NCBI GenBank assembly: GCA_964392175.1
Contig: CAYMOJ010000006.1
Location: forward strand, 2,080-66,079
Direction of reading: 5' to 3'
DNA: 64,000 nt
From: an uncultured Ruminococcus sp.
Lineage (GTDB): Bacteria > Bacillota > Clostridia > Oscillospirales > Ruminococcaceae
Shown here: one piece after another, positions 1 through 9,644 of the stretch
How the letters are laid out: every line of letters begins with the position of its first letter
Numbering within the stretch: position 1 is the first letter of the stretch
Made by a program: the position numbers and the translations under genes
The notes under the pieces: generated by a model
Database searches by the model: none
Seen by the model: the letters and a program-made list of their open reading frames with translations, nothing else
Told to the model about the DNA's origin: nothing

Positions 1-299
1 ATCATTCTATCCAGATGGTATGCTGCTTTCTCATCGTTGTGATACGGCATACATTCCCTTCCTACGCCCACATTATACCATATATTTTATGCTATTGCAA
101 GCATCGCGGACAAAAAATGATCATTTTCATCCATGCCGAAAGCCGACATCCGTTCCTTGCATTTCTCATTGTATCGATTTGCCGTTTCCATTTTTGACAT
201 GTTTTTATATTTGATTATATTTTCAATAACAGATTGGAATCGACACGCCTCCGCGATATCGTTCAAGGGGAATCGGCACTTATATTATAAATCTATCAT

Positions 300-336
300 A
301 AAAAAGCCCTCCCCAACGCATCAAGTCGGGGAGGGT
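300..336 (-). terminator. Intrinsic terminator downstream of ppdK
   Basis: Stem CCCTCCCC (307-314) / GGGGAGGG (328-335). On the minus strand the hairpin is followed by a U6 run (A-run 300-305 on plus). Confidence 0.7.
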
Positions 337-370
337 TTTCGTTCGATTACAAGTATTACCTGTCAGTCTC

Positions 371-3001
371 TTAGTTCTGATCAGCGATAGCAGCCTGTGC
401 AGCAGCCAAACGAGCGATCGGAACGCGGAAAGGAGAGCAAGAAACATAAGTCAAGCCCAGCTTGTGGCAGAACTCAACGGAAGTCGGATCGCCACCATGC
501 TCACCGCAGATACCGATATGCATATCGGGACGGACAGCCTTACCCATCTTAATCGCCATATCCATCAGCTTACCAACGCCATTCTGATCCAGACGTGCAA
601 AAGGATCGTTCTCGAAAATCTTAGCATCATAGTAAGCGTTCAGGAACTTGCCGGCATCGTCACGGGAGAAGCCGTAGGTCATCTGTGTCAGATCGTTGGT
701 ACCGAAGCAGAAGAACTCAGCCTCACCTGCAATCTCATCAGCAGTCAGGCAAGCTCTGGGGATCTCCACCATGGTGCCAACTTCGTACTTCAGGTCAGCA
801 CCAGCAGCTGCGATGACAGCATCAGCGGTCTCAACAACGACCTTCTTAACGAACTTCAACTCCTTGATCTCGCCAACCAGCGGAATCATGATCTCAGGTA
901 CGATATTCCAATCGGGATGTGCCTTCTTAACATTGATTGCAGCCTTGATCACAGCCTTGGTCTGCATTGCAGCAATCTCGGGATAGGTAACAGCCAGACG
1001 GCAGCCACGGTGACCCATCATGGGGTTGAACTCGTGCAGAGAAGCGATAATCGCCTTGATGGTTTCCACCGACTTACCCTGAGCCGCAGCCAGAGCCGCA
1101 ATATCAGCCTCTTCAGTGGGAACAAACTCGTGCAGAGGAGGATCCAGGAAACGGATGGTAACAGGGCAACCCTCCAGAGCCTCATAAAGAGCCTCAAAGT
1201 CAGCCTGCTGCATCGGCTCGATCTTTGCCAGAGCAGCCTCACGCTCTTCAACGGTATCAGAGCAGATCATCTCACGGAAAGCAGCAATTCTCTCCGGATC
1301 AAAGAACATATGCTCAGTACGGCACAGACCAATACCCTCAGCGCCCAGTTCTCTTGCCTTCTTTGCATCAGCGGGCGTATCTGCATTGGTACGAACCTTC
1401 AGAACACGATACTTATCAGCCCATGCCATAATTCTGCCAAACTCACCTGCGATCTGCGCATCCTTGGTATCGATAACGCCATCGTAGATGTTACCGGTAG
1501 AACCGTCAATGGAGATCCAATCGCCCTCAGTAAAGGTCTTACCGCCCAATGTGAACTTCTTGTTCTCCTCATCCATCACGATTGCAGAGCAACCAGAAAC
1601 GCAGCAGGTACCCATACCACGTGCAACAACAGCTGCGTGAGAGGTCATACCGCCACGAACGGTCAGGATGCCCTGAGAGGACTTCATACCGGTAATATCT
1701 TCAGGAGAGGTTTCCAAACGAACCAGGATGACCTTCTCGCCTTTATTTGCCCACTCCTCAGCTGCCTCGGCAGTGAACACGATACGACCACAAGCGGCAC
1801 CGGGAGAAGCACCCAGACCCTTACCCATAGGAGTAGCGGCCTTCAGAGCCTTCTGATCGAACTGCGGATGCAGCAGCGTATCGAGGTTTCTGGGATCAAT
1901 CATAGCGACGGCTTCCTGCTCAGTTCTCATGCCCTCATCAACCAGATCGCAAGCGATCTTCAGAGCTGCCTGTGCAGTTCTCTTGCCGTTACGGGTTTGC
2001 AGCATATACAGCTTGCCGTGCTCAACGGTGAACTCCATATCCTGCATATCACGATAATGGTTCTCCAGTGTCTGGCAAACCTCTTTGAACTGTGCAAATG
2101 CCTCCGGGAACTTATCAGCCATCTCAGCGATCGGCATAGGTGTACGAACGCCCGCAACAACGTCCTCGCCCTGTGCATTGGTCAGGAACTCACCCATCAG
2201 CTTCTTCTCGCCGGTAGCGGGATCACGAGTGAAAGCAACACCGGTACCACAGTCATCACCCATGTTACCGAAAGCCATCATCTGCACATTGACAGCGGTA
2301 CCCCAGCTATAGGGAATATCGTTATCACGACGATAAACGTTTGCACGAGGGTTGTCCCAGCTGCGGAACACAGCCTTCACAGCACCCATCAACTGCTCCT
2401 TGGGATCGGTGGGGAAGTCAACGCCGATTTTCGCCTTATACTCAGCCTTAAACTGGCTTGCAAGCTCCTTGAGATCGTTAGCGTCCAGCTCAACGTCCTG
2501 AGTAACGCCCTTCTCAGCCTTCATTTTGTCGATAAGTTCCTCGAAGTACTTCTTACCGACTTCCATAACAACATCGGAATACATTTGGATGAAACGGCGG
2601 TAGCAGTCCCAAGCCCAACGAGGGTTATTAGAAGCCTCTGCCATATAGTTCACAACGTCCTCATTCAGACCGAGGTTCAGGATGGTATCCATCATACCGG
2701 GCATGGAAGCACGGGCACCGGAACGGACAGAAACCAGCAGGGGGTTAGTCTTATCGCCGAACTTCTTGCCGGTGACCTCTTCCATCTTTACGATGTACTC
2801 GTTGATCTGACCCTGAATCTCCTCGTTGATCTGTCTGCCATCCTCGTAGTACTGCGTGCAGGCCTCAGTAGTAATGGTAAAACCCTGGGGAACTGGCAGT
2901 CCCATGTTGGTCATTTCGGCAAGGTTTGCGCCCTTACCGCCGAGCAGCTCACGCATGGAAGCGTCGCCCTCAGAGAACAGGTAAACGAATTTTTTGCTCA
3001 T
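371..3001 (-). CDS. ppdK: Pyruvate, phosphate dikinase
   Basis: 876-aa ORF. N-terminal LLGGKGANLAEM, phospho-His swivel region GGMTSHAAVVARG, C-terminal PEP-utilising barrel (GICGEHGGDP). GGAGG about 10 nt upstream of the ATG. Confidence 0.95.
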   Translation of the reverse strand: MSKKFVYLFSEGDASMRELLGGKGANLAEMTNMGLPVPQGFTITTEACTQYYEDGRQINEEIQGQINEYIVKMEEVTGKKFGDKTNPLLVSVRSGARASMPGMMDTILNLGLNEDVVNYMAEASNNPRWAWDCYRRFIQMYSDVVMEVGKKYFEELIDKMKAEKGVTQDVELDANDLKELASQFKAEYKAKIGVDFPTDPKEQLMGAVKAVFRSWDNPRANVYRRDNDIPYSWGTAVNVQMMAFGNMGDDCGTGVAFTRDPATGEKKLMGEFLTNAQGEDVVAGVRTPMPIAEMADKFPEAFAQFKEVCQTLENHYRDMQDMEFTVEHGKLYMLQTRNGKRTAQAALKIACDLVDEGMRTEQEAVAMIDPRNLDTLLHPQFDQKALKAATPMGKGLGASPGAACGRIVFTAEAAEEWANKGEKVILVRLETSPEDITGMKSSQGILTVRGGMTSHAAVVARGMGTCCVSGCSAIVMDEENKKFTLGGKTFTEGDWISIDGSTGNIYDGVIDTKDAQIAGEFGRIMAWADKYRVLKVRTNADTPADAKKARELGAEGIGLCRTEHMFFDPERIAAFREMICSDTVEEREAALAKIEPMQQADFEALYEALEGCPVTIRFLDPPLHEFVPTEEADIAALAAAQGKSVETIKAIIASLHEFNPMMGHRGCRLAVTYPEIAAMQTKAVIKAAINVKKAHPDWNIVPEIMIPLVGEIKELKFVKKVVVETADAVIAAAGADLKYEVGTMVEIPRACLTADEIAGEAEFFCFGTNDLTQMTYGFSRDDAGKFLNAYYDAKIFENDPFARLDQNGVGKLMDMAIKMGKAVRPDMHIGICGEHGGDPTSVEFCHKLGLTYVSCSPFRVPIARLAAAQAAIADQN

Positions 3002-3181
3002 TGGAAATAAACCTCCACTTCATTAATTCCGTGCAAAATGGGCGCAAAAGCCCAATTTCACCGGATATGTATCCATTATACCACAGATTCTTCCAAAATG
3101 CTAGAGGTTTTCCAGAATAATTTTTCATTTTTCACCGCTTCCCCTGATTTTTGTCATTTTTCACAATTTTTCAAATATCCC

Positions 3182-3210
3182 TTGCAATCGGACAGTAAAT
3201 CTGCGATAAT
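3182..3210 (+). promoter_or_regulatory. Candidate sigma-A promoter for rnhA
   Basis: TTGCAA (3182-3187), 17-nt spacer, GATAAT (3205-3210), about 40 nt upstream of the rnhA start. Confidence 0.5.
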
Positions 3211-3248
3211 AGGAAGTATCATAGCATCATATTTTGAGAGGTTTTTGC

Positions 3249-3719
3249 ATGGAGTATTCAACAAATATGCCGCGGGTCGCCATGTTTTCCGATGGCGCGT
3301 GCAGCGGAAATCCCGGTCCGGGCGGTTGGGGCACGATCCTGCGCTTTCAGGCGGGAGATACCATACACGAAAAGGAACTCAGCGGTGGCGAAGCACATAC
3401 CACCAACAACCGCATGGAACTGACAGCGATCATTGAGGGGCTTTCAGCATTGAAAAGACCCTGTACTGTAACAATTACCACCGACAGCAAGTATGTGGTG
3501 GACAGCATCACCAAGGGGTGGGTATACGGCTGGAAAAAGCGCGGTTGGATCAAAAGTAACAAAAAGCCTGCGCTGAATGTTGATCTCTGGGAACTATTGC
3601 TGCCCTTACTAAAGCGGCACGATGTCACATTTTGCTGGGTCAAGGGGCACGCGGGGCATCCCGAAAACGAACGCTGCGACCGTCTTGCCGTAGCACAAAG
3701 CAAAGCGCACCAAGGATAA
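3249..3719 (+). CDS. rnhA: Ribonuclease HI
   Basis: [41 protein letters not shown] motifs. I chose the ATG at 3249, 7 nt after GAGAGG. The track ORF starts at a TTG at 3234. Confidence 0.9.
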   Translation: MEYSTNMPRVAMFSDGACSGNPGPGGWGTILRFQAGDTIHEKELSGGEAHTTNNRMELTAIIEGLSALKRPCTVTITTDSKYVVDSITKGWVYGWKKRGWIKSNKKPALNVDLWELLLPLLKRHDVTFCWVKGHAGHPENERCDRLAVAQSKAHQG

Positions 3720-3727
3720 GAAAGAAT

Positions 3728-3777
3728 ACCGTAACTTTTGTGCAGTAAGATCGAAAATGCGAAAAGTTACGGTTTTT
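3728..3777 (+). terminator. Intrinsic terminator of rnhA
   Basis: 12-bp stem ACCGTAACTTTT (3728-3739) / AAAAGTTACGGT (3762-3773), followed by a T-run. Confidence 0.65.
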
Positions 3778-3791
3778 CTGCATATCTGCAT

Positions 3792-3829
3792 AAAAAAATC
3801 AGCATAGCCGCATAACACGACTATGCTGA
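3792..3829 (-). terminator. Intrinsic terminator of rpsU
   Basis: Stem TCAGCATAG (3799-3807) / CTATGCTGA (3821-3829). On the minus strand it is followed by U7 (A7 at 3792-3798 on plus). Confidence 0.7.
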
Positions 3830-3892
3830 CATTTTCCCAAAGAATCAGTTCTTTGGCGCACTCGTTCCAGCATCAACTGAAAACCGCACAAA

Positions 3893-4066
3893 TCAATACT
3901 TGCGCTTACGGGCTGCCTCAGACTTCTTCTTGCGCTTTACGGAAGGCTTCTCATAGTGTTCTCTTTTACGAACTTCTGCGATCACGCCGTCTTTTGCGCA
4001 GGAACGCTTGAAACGCTTCAGAGCAGTATCCAAGGATTCGTTCTTGCCTACGCGAACTTCTGCCAC
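3893..4066 (-). CDS. rpsU: 30S ribosomal protein S21
   Basis: Absent from the ORF track (57 aa, GTG start). Manual translation: [57 protein letters not shown], a classic S21 sequence. GGGAGGG lies 7 nt upstream of the GTG. Confidence 0.88.
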   Translation of the reverse strand: MAEVRVGKNESLDTALKRFKRSCAKDGVIAEVRKREHYEKPSVKRKKKSEAARKRKY

Positions 4067-4180
4067 GAATTTTCCCTCCCTTTGTCCAACGACAGAGGTT
4101 TATATATGAATGCTGCGTGATACACGCTGAATGCACAGCGTCAACGCGGCTCATATACCACCATAACATGATACGAGTAT

Positions 4181-4209
4181 ATTGTATCATAGATTCTCCC
4201 ATTTGTCAA
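4181..4209 (-). promoter_or_regulatory. Near-consensus promoter of rpsU
   Basis: On the minus strand: TTGACA (4209-4204), 17 nt, TACAAT (4186-4181) with a TG extended -10. This leaves a ~110-nt 5' UTR. Confidence 0.65.
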
Positions 4210-4234
4210 GTTCTTTTTGCAATTGCCGCAAAAA

Positions 4235-6640
4235 TTAGTTTGCGACGATATTCACCAGCTTGTTTGGGATATAAATCTGCTTACGAATGGTCTTGCCATC
4301 AACGGCTTCCTTGACTTTTTCCTCTGCAAGTGCCGCGGGCAAAACAACATCCTGCGGAGCATTGTTCGCGATCATCATACGGCACTTCAGCTTGCCGTTG
4401 ACCTGTACCGCGATCTCCACCTGTTCGTCCACACAAAGTGCCGGATCGTACTCCGGCCATGTTTGCTGATGAAGAATGCCAAAGCCCATCAGCGCAAACA
4501 GTTCTTCCGTCATATGAGGGGCAAAGGGATTCAGCAGCATTAACAATGTGCGATATTCCGCGCGGTTCACAGCACCTGTTGCTGTCAGATCATTGACCAG
4601 AGCCATCATTGCGGCGATCGCAGTATTAAACTTCAGATGTTCAATATCATCGCTGACCTTGCGGATGGTCTTATGCATTGCAGTCTTGACTGTATCGCGA
4701 TACGCATCACCATCCACGATCAGATCCTGCATTGCCCAGATACGATCCACAAAGCGTTTGCAGCCCTTTACACTGTTTTCGCTCCATGGAGCTGCCTTTT
4801 CGTAATCACCCATAAACAGCACATACAGGCGCAGCACATCGGCACCGTACTGATCAACGACATCGTTGGGATCAATGACATTTCCCTTGGATTTAGACAT
4901 CTTATCTCCATCAGGCCCGAGGATCAGACCCTGTGCAGTACGCTTTGCATAAGGCTCGTCGGTAGGCACTACACCGATATCGTACAGGAACTTATGCCAG
5001 AAACGCGAATAGATCATATGGCGTGTGACGTGCTCCATACCGCCGTTATACCAATCTACGGGCATCCAATATTTCAGTGCGTCCATATCTGCCAGATGTG
5101 CATCGTTGTGAGGATCACAATAGCGCAGGAAATACCATGAGGAACCAGCCCACTGTGGCATGGTATCTGTCTCGCGCTTGGCAGGTGCGCCACAATGAGG
5201 ACAAGTGCAGTTGACGAAGGAATCCAATTTGGCAAGGGGGCTTTGACCATCGGTACCCGGCTCAAAATTCTCGACAGGAGGCAGACGCAGAGGCAGCTCT
5301 TCATAAGGAACAGCTACAATGCCACAATGTGGGCAATGCACCAACGGAATCGGTTCGCCCCAGTATCTCTGGCGGTTGAATGCCCAATCCTTCATCTTAT
5401 ACTGCACACCTGCTTCACCGCAGCCCATACGTTCCAGCACGGTCATTACCTTTGCGATGGCATCCTTTTTGTTGGTGATACCGTTCAGCTCACCGGAGTG
5501 GATCAGTTCGCCCTCGCCGGTATATGCCTCTTTGGTAATATCGCCACCTTTGATGACCTCAATGATCTCAATGCCAAACTTCTTTGCGAAGTCATAGTCT
5601 CGTGCATCGTGGGCAGGCACCGCCATGATTGCTCCGGTGCCGTAGCCCATCATGACATAGTCGGAGATGTAAATGGGAATCTCCTTCCCTGTCAATGGGT
5701 TCACTGCGGTCAAGCCTTCAATCTTTACTCCGGTTTTATCCTTCACCAGCTGGGTACGCTCAAATTCGGTTTTCTTGGCACATTCCTCCCTATAAGCATC
5801 CAACGCGGCAATATTGGCAATGCTGTCGCGGTATTTCTGGATCACAGGATGCTCCGGTGCCATCACCATAAAGGTCACGCCGTAGAGCGTATCGGGACGA
5901 GTGGTATAGATGCGTAGTTGCTCGTCATGCTCCTTCATTTTGAAATTGACAAATGCGCCGGTAGATCTACCAATCCAGTTTTGCTGTTGCAATTTGATAT
6001 TTGGCAGATAATCAACCGTTTCCAGGCCCTCAAGCAATCTATCGGCATACTGGGTAATGCGCAGATACCAAACATCCTTCGTTTTCTGCACGATCTCGCT
6101 ATGGCAGATATCGCACTTGCCACCCTGAGAATCCTCATTGGACAACACCACCTTGCAGCTTGGGCAGTAGTTGACGGATGTCTTATCGCGGAACACTAAG
6201 CCCTTCTCAAACATTTTCAAGAAGATCCACTGTGTCCACTTATAGTAATCCTCCTCGGTGGTATCCACCACGCGAGACCAATCAAATGAGAAACCGACGC
6301 GCTTCAACTGCTGCGTGAACTTCTTGATATTTTTATCGGTCACTGCTCTGGGGTGTACGCCGGTCTTAATTGCAGTATTTTCGGTGGGCAGACCATATGC
6401 ATCAAAGCCGATCGGAAACAGCACATTATAGCCCTGCATACGACGCTTTCTGCTGACAACCTCCAACCCCGAATACGCCTTAATATGCCCCACGTGCATA
6501 CCGGCACCCGAAGGATATGGAAACTCTACCAGTGCGTAGAATTTCGGCTTGGTGTAGTCATTTTCGGCGGCAAATACCTGATGCTCTTCCCAGTATGCCT
6601 GCCATTTTTCTTCTACTTCATGAAAACGGTATTCCTGCAT
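4235..6640 (-). CDS. leuS: Leucine--tRNA ligase
   Basis: 801 aa. HIGH-type motif (MHVGHIKAY), KMSKS motif (DKMSKSKGN), CP1 editing-domain length. Confidence 0.95.
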   Translation of the reverse strand: MQEYRFHEVEEKWQAYWEEHQVFAAENDYTKPKFYALVEFPYPSGAGMHVGHIKAYSGLEVVSRKRRMQGYNVLFPIGFDAYGLPTENTAIKTGVHPRAVTDKNIKKFTQQLKRVGFSFDWSRVVDTTEEDYYKWTQWIFLKMFEKGLVFRDKTSVNYCPSCKVVLSNEDSQGGKCDICHSEIVQKTKDVWYLRITQYADRLLEGLETVDYLPNIKLQQQNWIGRSTGAFVNFKMKEHDEQLRIYTTRPDTLYGVTFMVMAPEHPVIQKYRDSIANIAALDAYREECAKKTEFERTQLVKDKTGVKIEGLTAVNPLTGKEIPIYISDYVMMGYGTGAIMAVPAHDARDYDFAKKFGIEIIEVIKGGDITKEAYTGEGELIHSGELNGITNKKDAIAKVMTVLERMGCGEAGVQYKMKDWAFNRQRYWGEPIPLVHCPHCGIVAVPYEELPLRLPPVENFEPGTDGQSPLAKLDSFVNCTCPHCGAPAKRETDTMPQWAGSSWYFLRYCDPHNDAHLADMDALKYWMPVDWYNGGMEHVTRHMIYSRFWHKFLYDIGVVPTDEPYAKRTAQGLILGPDGDKMSKSKGNVIDPNDVVDQYGADVLRLYVLFMGDYEKAAPWSENSVKGCKRFVDRIWAMQDLIVDGDAYRDTVKTAMHKTIRKVSDDIEHLKFNTAIAAMMALVNDLTATGAVNRAEYRTLLMLLNPFAPHMTEELFALMGFGILHQQTWPEYDPALCVDEQVEIAVQVNGKLKCRMMIANNAPQDVVLPAALAEEKVKEAVDGKTIRKQIYIPNKLVNIVAN

Positions 6641-6670
6641 GATCTTTTTGCTTCCTTTCTGTAAAATAGA

Positions 6671-7006
6671 CTAAATGTTGTTCGATTTGCAATGTCTGCG
6701 TATATCGGGCAAAAATGCCAGCATCGCGCCACCGCCCACATCCAGCAGACCTTCGATCAGGTAGATCAGGTTCTGCGGCAGATGGGTAACATTCTCCACA
6801 AAATGCGTGCAAAACAGTGCCACCAGCATAATGCCAACGACAATATTGCTCCACTTTACGCCAAAAAACAGGCAAACTGTTGCTACAACAGCAATCAACA
6901 GGGTAATGAAATTGATTCCCCCACCGATAAGCCCATTGATGATCGCTTTCAGTATCATATATACGCCCACTGCCGTTGCCAGCAGCTGCCCGCGTTCCAT
7001 TTTCAC
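6671..7006 (-). CDS. Small hypothetical integral membrane protein
   Basis: 111 aa with 3-4 hydrophobic helices. The ATG overlaps the rsfS stop (ATGA coupling). No family recognised. Confidence 0.5.
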   Translation of the reverse strand: MKMERGQLLATAVGVYMILKAIINGLIGGGINFITLLIAVVATVCLFFGVKWSNIVVGIMLVALFCTHFVENVTHLPQNLIYLIEGLLDVGGGAMLAFLPDIRRHCKSNNI

Positions 7007-7371
7007 TGTACATCCTCCTCAATCAGCAGATGAGAGATATCGACCTGCTCACCGTCTGCCCAAAGGCGCTCCAGCTGATACTCTGCACGGGTATCCTCAT
7101 AAAATACATGAACCACGATATCAGCATAGTCCAGCACGATCCAATTGGCACTACGATAGCCCTCGGTGCTTTTTGGCTCAACGCCACACTGCGAAAGCTC
7201 GTACTCTACCTCCCCAGCCAGTGCTTTCACCTGTGTAGTACTCGTACCGGTCGCAATGACAAAATAGTCTGCGATGATCGTCAGGTTGGTAATACCGATC
7301 ACACGGATGTCCTTTGCCTTTTTCTTGTCCAACGTCTGTACAATCTTTTTCAATTTTTCCTGTGTTGTCAT
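7003..7371 (-). CDS. rsfS: Ribosome silencing factor RsfS (iojap-like)
   Basis: DYFVIATGTSTTQVKALA...WIVLDYADIVVHVF motif. Start at the ATG at 7371, preceded by AAAGGAGGAA. Confidence 0.85.
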   Translation of the reverse strand: MTTQEKLKKIVQTLDKKKAKDIRVIGITNLTIIADYFVIATGTSTTQVKALAGEVEYELSQCGVEPKSTEGYRSANWIVLDYADIVVHVFYEDTRAEYQLERLWADGEQVDISHLLIEEDVQ

Positions 7372-7466
7372 AGGTTCCTCCTTTGGTGAACAAACGCTAC
7401 ATTCAGATATCTGCAACGCAGATTTTAAAACATCCTATTGATTTGTTGCAGCAAACGGCAACAATG

Positions 7467-8072
7467 TTATTTACTTTCCGATTGTGTTCTTGCGGCAATG
7501 CGCCGCAGATAGTAATTATAAGCTTCTGCAGTACAGACCGGCAACGGCGTGCCTTTTTTCAGCACACTTTCTATCGAAAAGGATACGCCTGCAAGCATCG
7601 CCTTATGCAGATCGGAAAAAGCCAATTTACGAATACGTTCTACGTCACGATAGCTACGGTCTGCTGAAATGAGATCTGCCATATAAACGATCTCTTCCAA
7701 TGTTGTCATATTGGCACGTCCCACGGTATGCCATCTTGCGGCACCAAGCACCTCGCGGTTCTCAATGCCCAGCTCATACTGCATATATGAAGCGGCGGCG
7801 ATACCGTGCCACACAGGTCTGCAAAACCATTCCACATCTTCCACCGGAAAGCTTCCACTACGCATGAGTGCTTCCTGTTCCTCCGGTGATAGCTCCTTGC
7901 AGCAATCATGCAGCAGCCCGGCAAGATACGCCCAATCAGGATCTGCGTGCCAACGTACTGCCAGCTCTCGTGCGGAATTTGCCACATTTACCGAATGGGT
8001 AAACCGTTTCTTGGAGAGTCTTGCACGCAACAATACGATATAGCTTTGAAATTGTGTCGATAACTGCTCCAT
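7467..8072 (-). CDS. yqeK: HD-domain bis(5'-nucleosyl)-tetraphosphatase YqeK
   Basis: RFTHSVNVA...LLHDCCKE HD motif. Conserved position after nadD. Start at 8072 after GAAGGAGG. Confidence 0.8.
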   Translation of the reverse strand: MEQLSTQFQSYIVLLRARLSKKRFTHSVNVANSARELAVRWHADPDWAYLAGLLHDCCKELSPEEQEALMRSGSFPVEDVEWFCRPVWHGIAAASYMQYELGIENREVLGAARWHTVGRANMTTLEEIVYMADLISADRSYRDVERIRKLAFSDLHKAMLAGVSFSIESVLKKGTPLPVCTAEAYNYYLRRIAARTQSESK

Positions 8073-8095
8073 ACGATCGCCTCCTTCTAAAGATA

Positions 8096-8713
8096 TCATT
8101 GACGGTACAACCCGTGTATACCCATATATTGTACTACATTTTCGGGCAAAAGGCAAGAGCAACTTTCATTCTTTTTCATTTTCTCACGAATTTGCGTAGA
8201 AGAAATGGGCAATGCCACAACAGGCAGCACAAAAATATCCGCAGAACTGCCACTGCTTTGCATCTGCTGTTGCAACTGTGCGGCCTTTTGACGCAATTGC
8301 GCCACATCACCATGCTGCCGAGACACCGCACAGATTGCCGCCATCTCCAGAATATCCATCCAGCGATGCCAACGGTCAAAGGTCAGCAACATATCACTGC
8401 CAATCATGAGTGTCCATTCCACATTGGGGTACTGCGCTTTTAGGTATGTAAGTGTTTCTACGGTGTAGGATTTCCCGTGCTTCCGAATCTCATAATCCGA
8501 TACCGCAAGCCAATCATATTTGCTTGCCGCAAGCTTACACATAGCATATCGATGTTCAGCATCCACATAGGCGGCAGAGGATTTATGCGGCGCAGTGCCT
8601 GTGGGCATCAGCAGTACATGGTCTAGCGCACAGGCTACTTTTACGGACTCTACCAGATGCAGATGCCCGTTATGGATCGGATTGAAACTGCCGCCGAACA
8701 ACCCCACGCGCAT
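8096..8713 (-). CDS. nadD: Nicotinate-nucleotide adenylyltransferase
   Basis: N-terminal GLFGGSFNPIHNGHL nucleotidyltransferase motif; 205 aa. Confidence 0.9.
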   Translation of the reverse strand: MRVGLFGGSFNPIHNGHLHLVESVKVACALDHVLLMPTGTAPHKSSAAYVDAEHRYAMCKLAASKYDWLAVSDYEIRKHGKSYTVETLTYLKAQYPNVEWTLMIGSDMLLTFDRWHRWMDILEMAAICAVSRQHGDVAQLRQKAAQLQQQMQSSGSSADIFVLPVVALPISSTQIREKMKKNESCSCLLPENVVQYMGIHGLYRQ

Positions 8714-9028
8714 TTATTTTTTTCCCTTGCCACTTGCGGGAAGCAGCTCGATAACGGGCTGTTTGGGATTGGGTTTATACAGCACAAAGCGGCTACCGAT
8801 AACGCACACCACATCGGCTTCCACAGCAGCTGCAATTTCCTCAGCGGCTTCTCTGGCAGAATACTCCGCATTTTCCAGCACGCGCAACTTGATCAGCTCC
8901 CTAGCGCGCAGTGCATCTTTGATCTGTTGCAGCATCGCTTCTCCGATACCGCCCTTGCCAACCTGAAAAATCGTTTCCATTGCATTTGCCAGACCGCGCA
9001 ATTGTGCACGTTGCTTACTTGTTAACAT
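8714..9028 (-). CDS. yhbY: RNA-binding protein YhbY (CRS1/YhbY domain)
   Basis: LTSKQRAQLRGLAN...FQVGKGGI...ELIKLRVL pattern; 104 aa; abuts nadD. Confidence 0.8.
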   Translation of the reverse strand: MLTSKQRAQLRGLANAMETIFQVGKGGIGEAMLQQIKDALRARELIKLRVLENAEYSAREAAEEIAAAVEADVVCVIGSRFVLYKPNPKQPVIELLPASGKGKK

Positions 9029-9041
9029 GATTTTGCCCTCC

Positions 9042-9644
9042 TCAAAGATTTTGCTGCATCAGCAATGCCATGACCTGCTCCAAGGCACGCTTGCGGTGGC
9101 TAACAGCATTTTTCTCATCGGCTGTAAACTCTGCAAAGCTGCGCCCGTCGATTTCAAACACAGGATCATAGCCAAAACCGTTTTCGCCATGGGGCGCATA
9201 ACCGATCTCGCCCTCTACTTTGCCTTCCACGACATATTTTGTCCCATCCGGTGTGATCAGACACATGGCACACGCAAAATGCGCACCCCGATGATTCTTT
9301 GGCACATTCTTCATCAGAGAAAGCAGTTTTTCGCAGCGTTGTACATCCGTGGCGTCCTCCCCTGCAAATCGGTGCGAATACACACCGGGTGCACCATCAA
9401 GAGCATCCACACAAAGTCCACTGTCATCGGCTAACACATAGCATTTTGCATTGTTTGCTGATTGACGATCAAAAATTGCCTGCGCCTTTATCACGGCATT
9501 TTCGATAAAAGTCATGCCGTTTTCTTCCACTGCAAGATCCGTGCCTGTCTCATGCTGTCCGCAGACTGTCAGCGCAGTATCGCCTAACATCTCGCGAATT
9601 TCACGGAGTTTGTTCTGATTATTCGTTGCCAGAATCAACTGCAT
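9042..9644 (-). CDS. rdgB: Non-canonical purine NTP pyrophosphatase (RdgB/HAM1)
   Basis: LATNNQNKLREI and GENGFGYDPVF motifs. ATG at 9644, 9 nt after AGGAGG. Overlaps the ftsY 3' end. Confidence 0.85.
   Translation of the reverse strand: MQLILATNNQNKLREIREMLGDTALTVCGQHETGTDLAVEENGMTFIENAVIKAQAIFDRQSANNAKCYVLADDSGLCVDALDGAPGVYSHRFAGEDATDVQRCEKLLSLMKNVPKNHRGAHFACAMCLITPDGTKYVVEGKVEGEIGYAPHGENGFGYDPVFEIDGRSFAEFTADEKNAVSHRKRALEQVMALLMQQNL

Noticed and set aside
87-200. 37-aa minus-strand ORF (MSKMETANRYNEKCKERM…) at the left edge
   Set aside because: No Shine-Dalgarno sequence is present (the upstream sequence is AATATAAAAAC), and there is no recognisable family. The evidence is too weak to call.
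464-3010. 848-aa ORF on the plus strand, antisense to ppdK
   Set aside because: It fully overlaps a confidently identified gene. Its composition is low-complexity (L/S/T/H-rich), and it has no RBS or recognisable motif. This is a typical shadow ORF.
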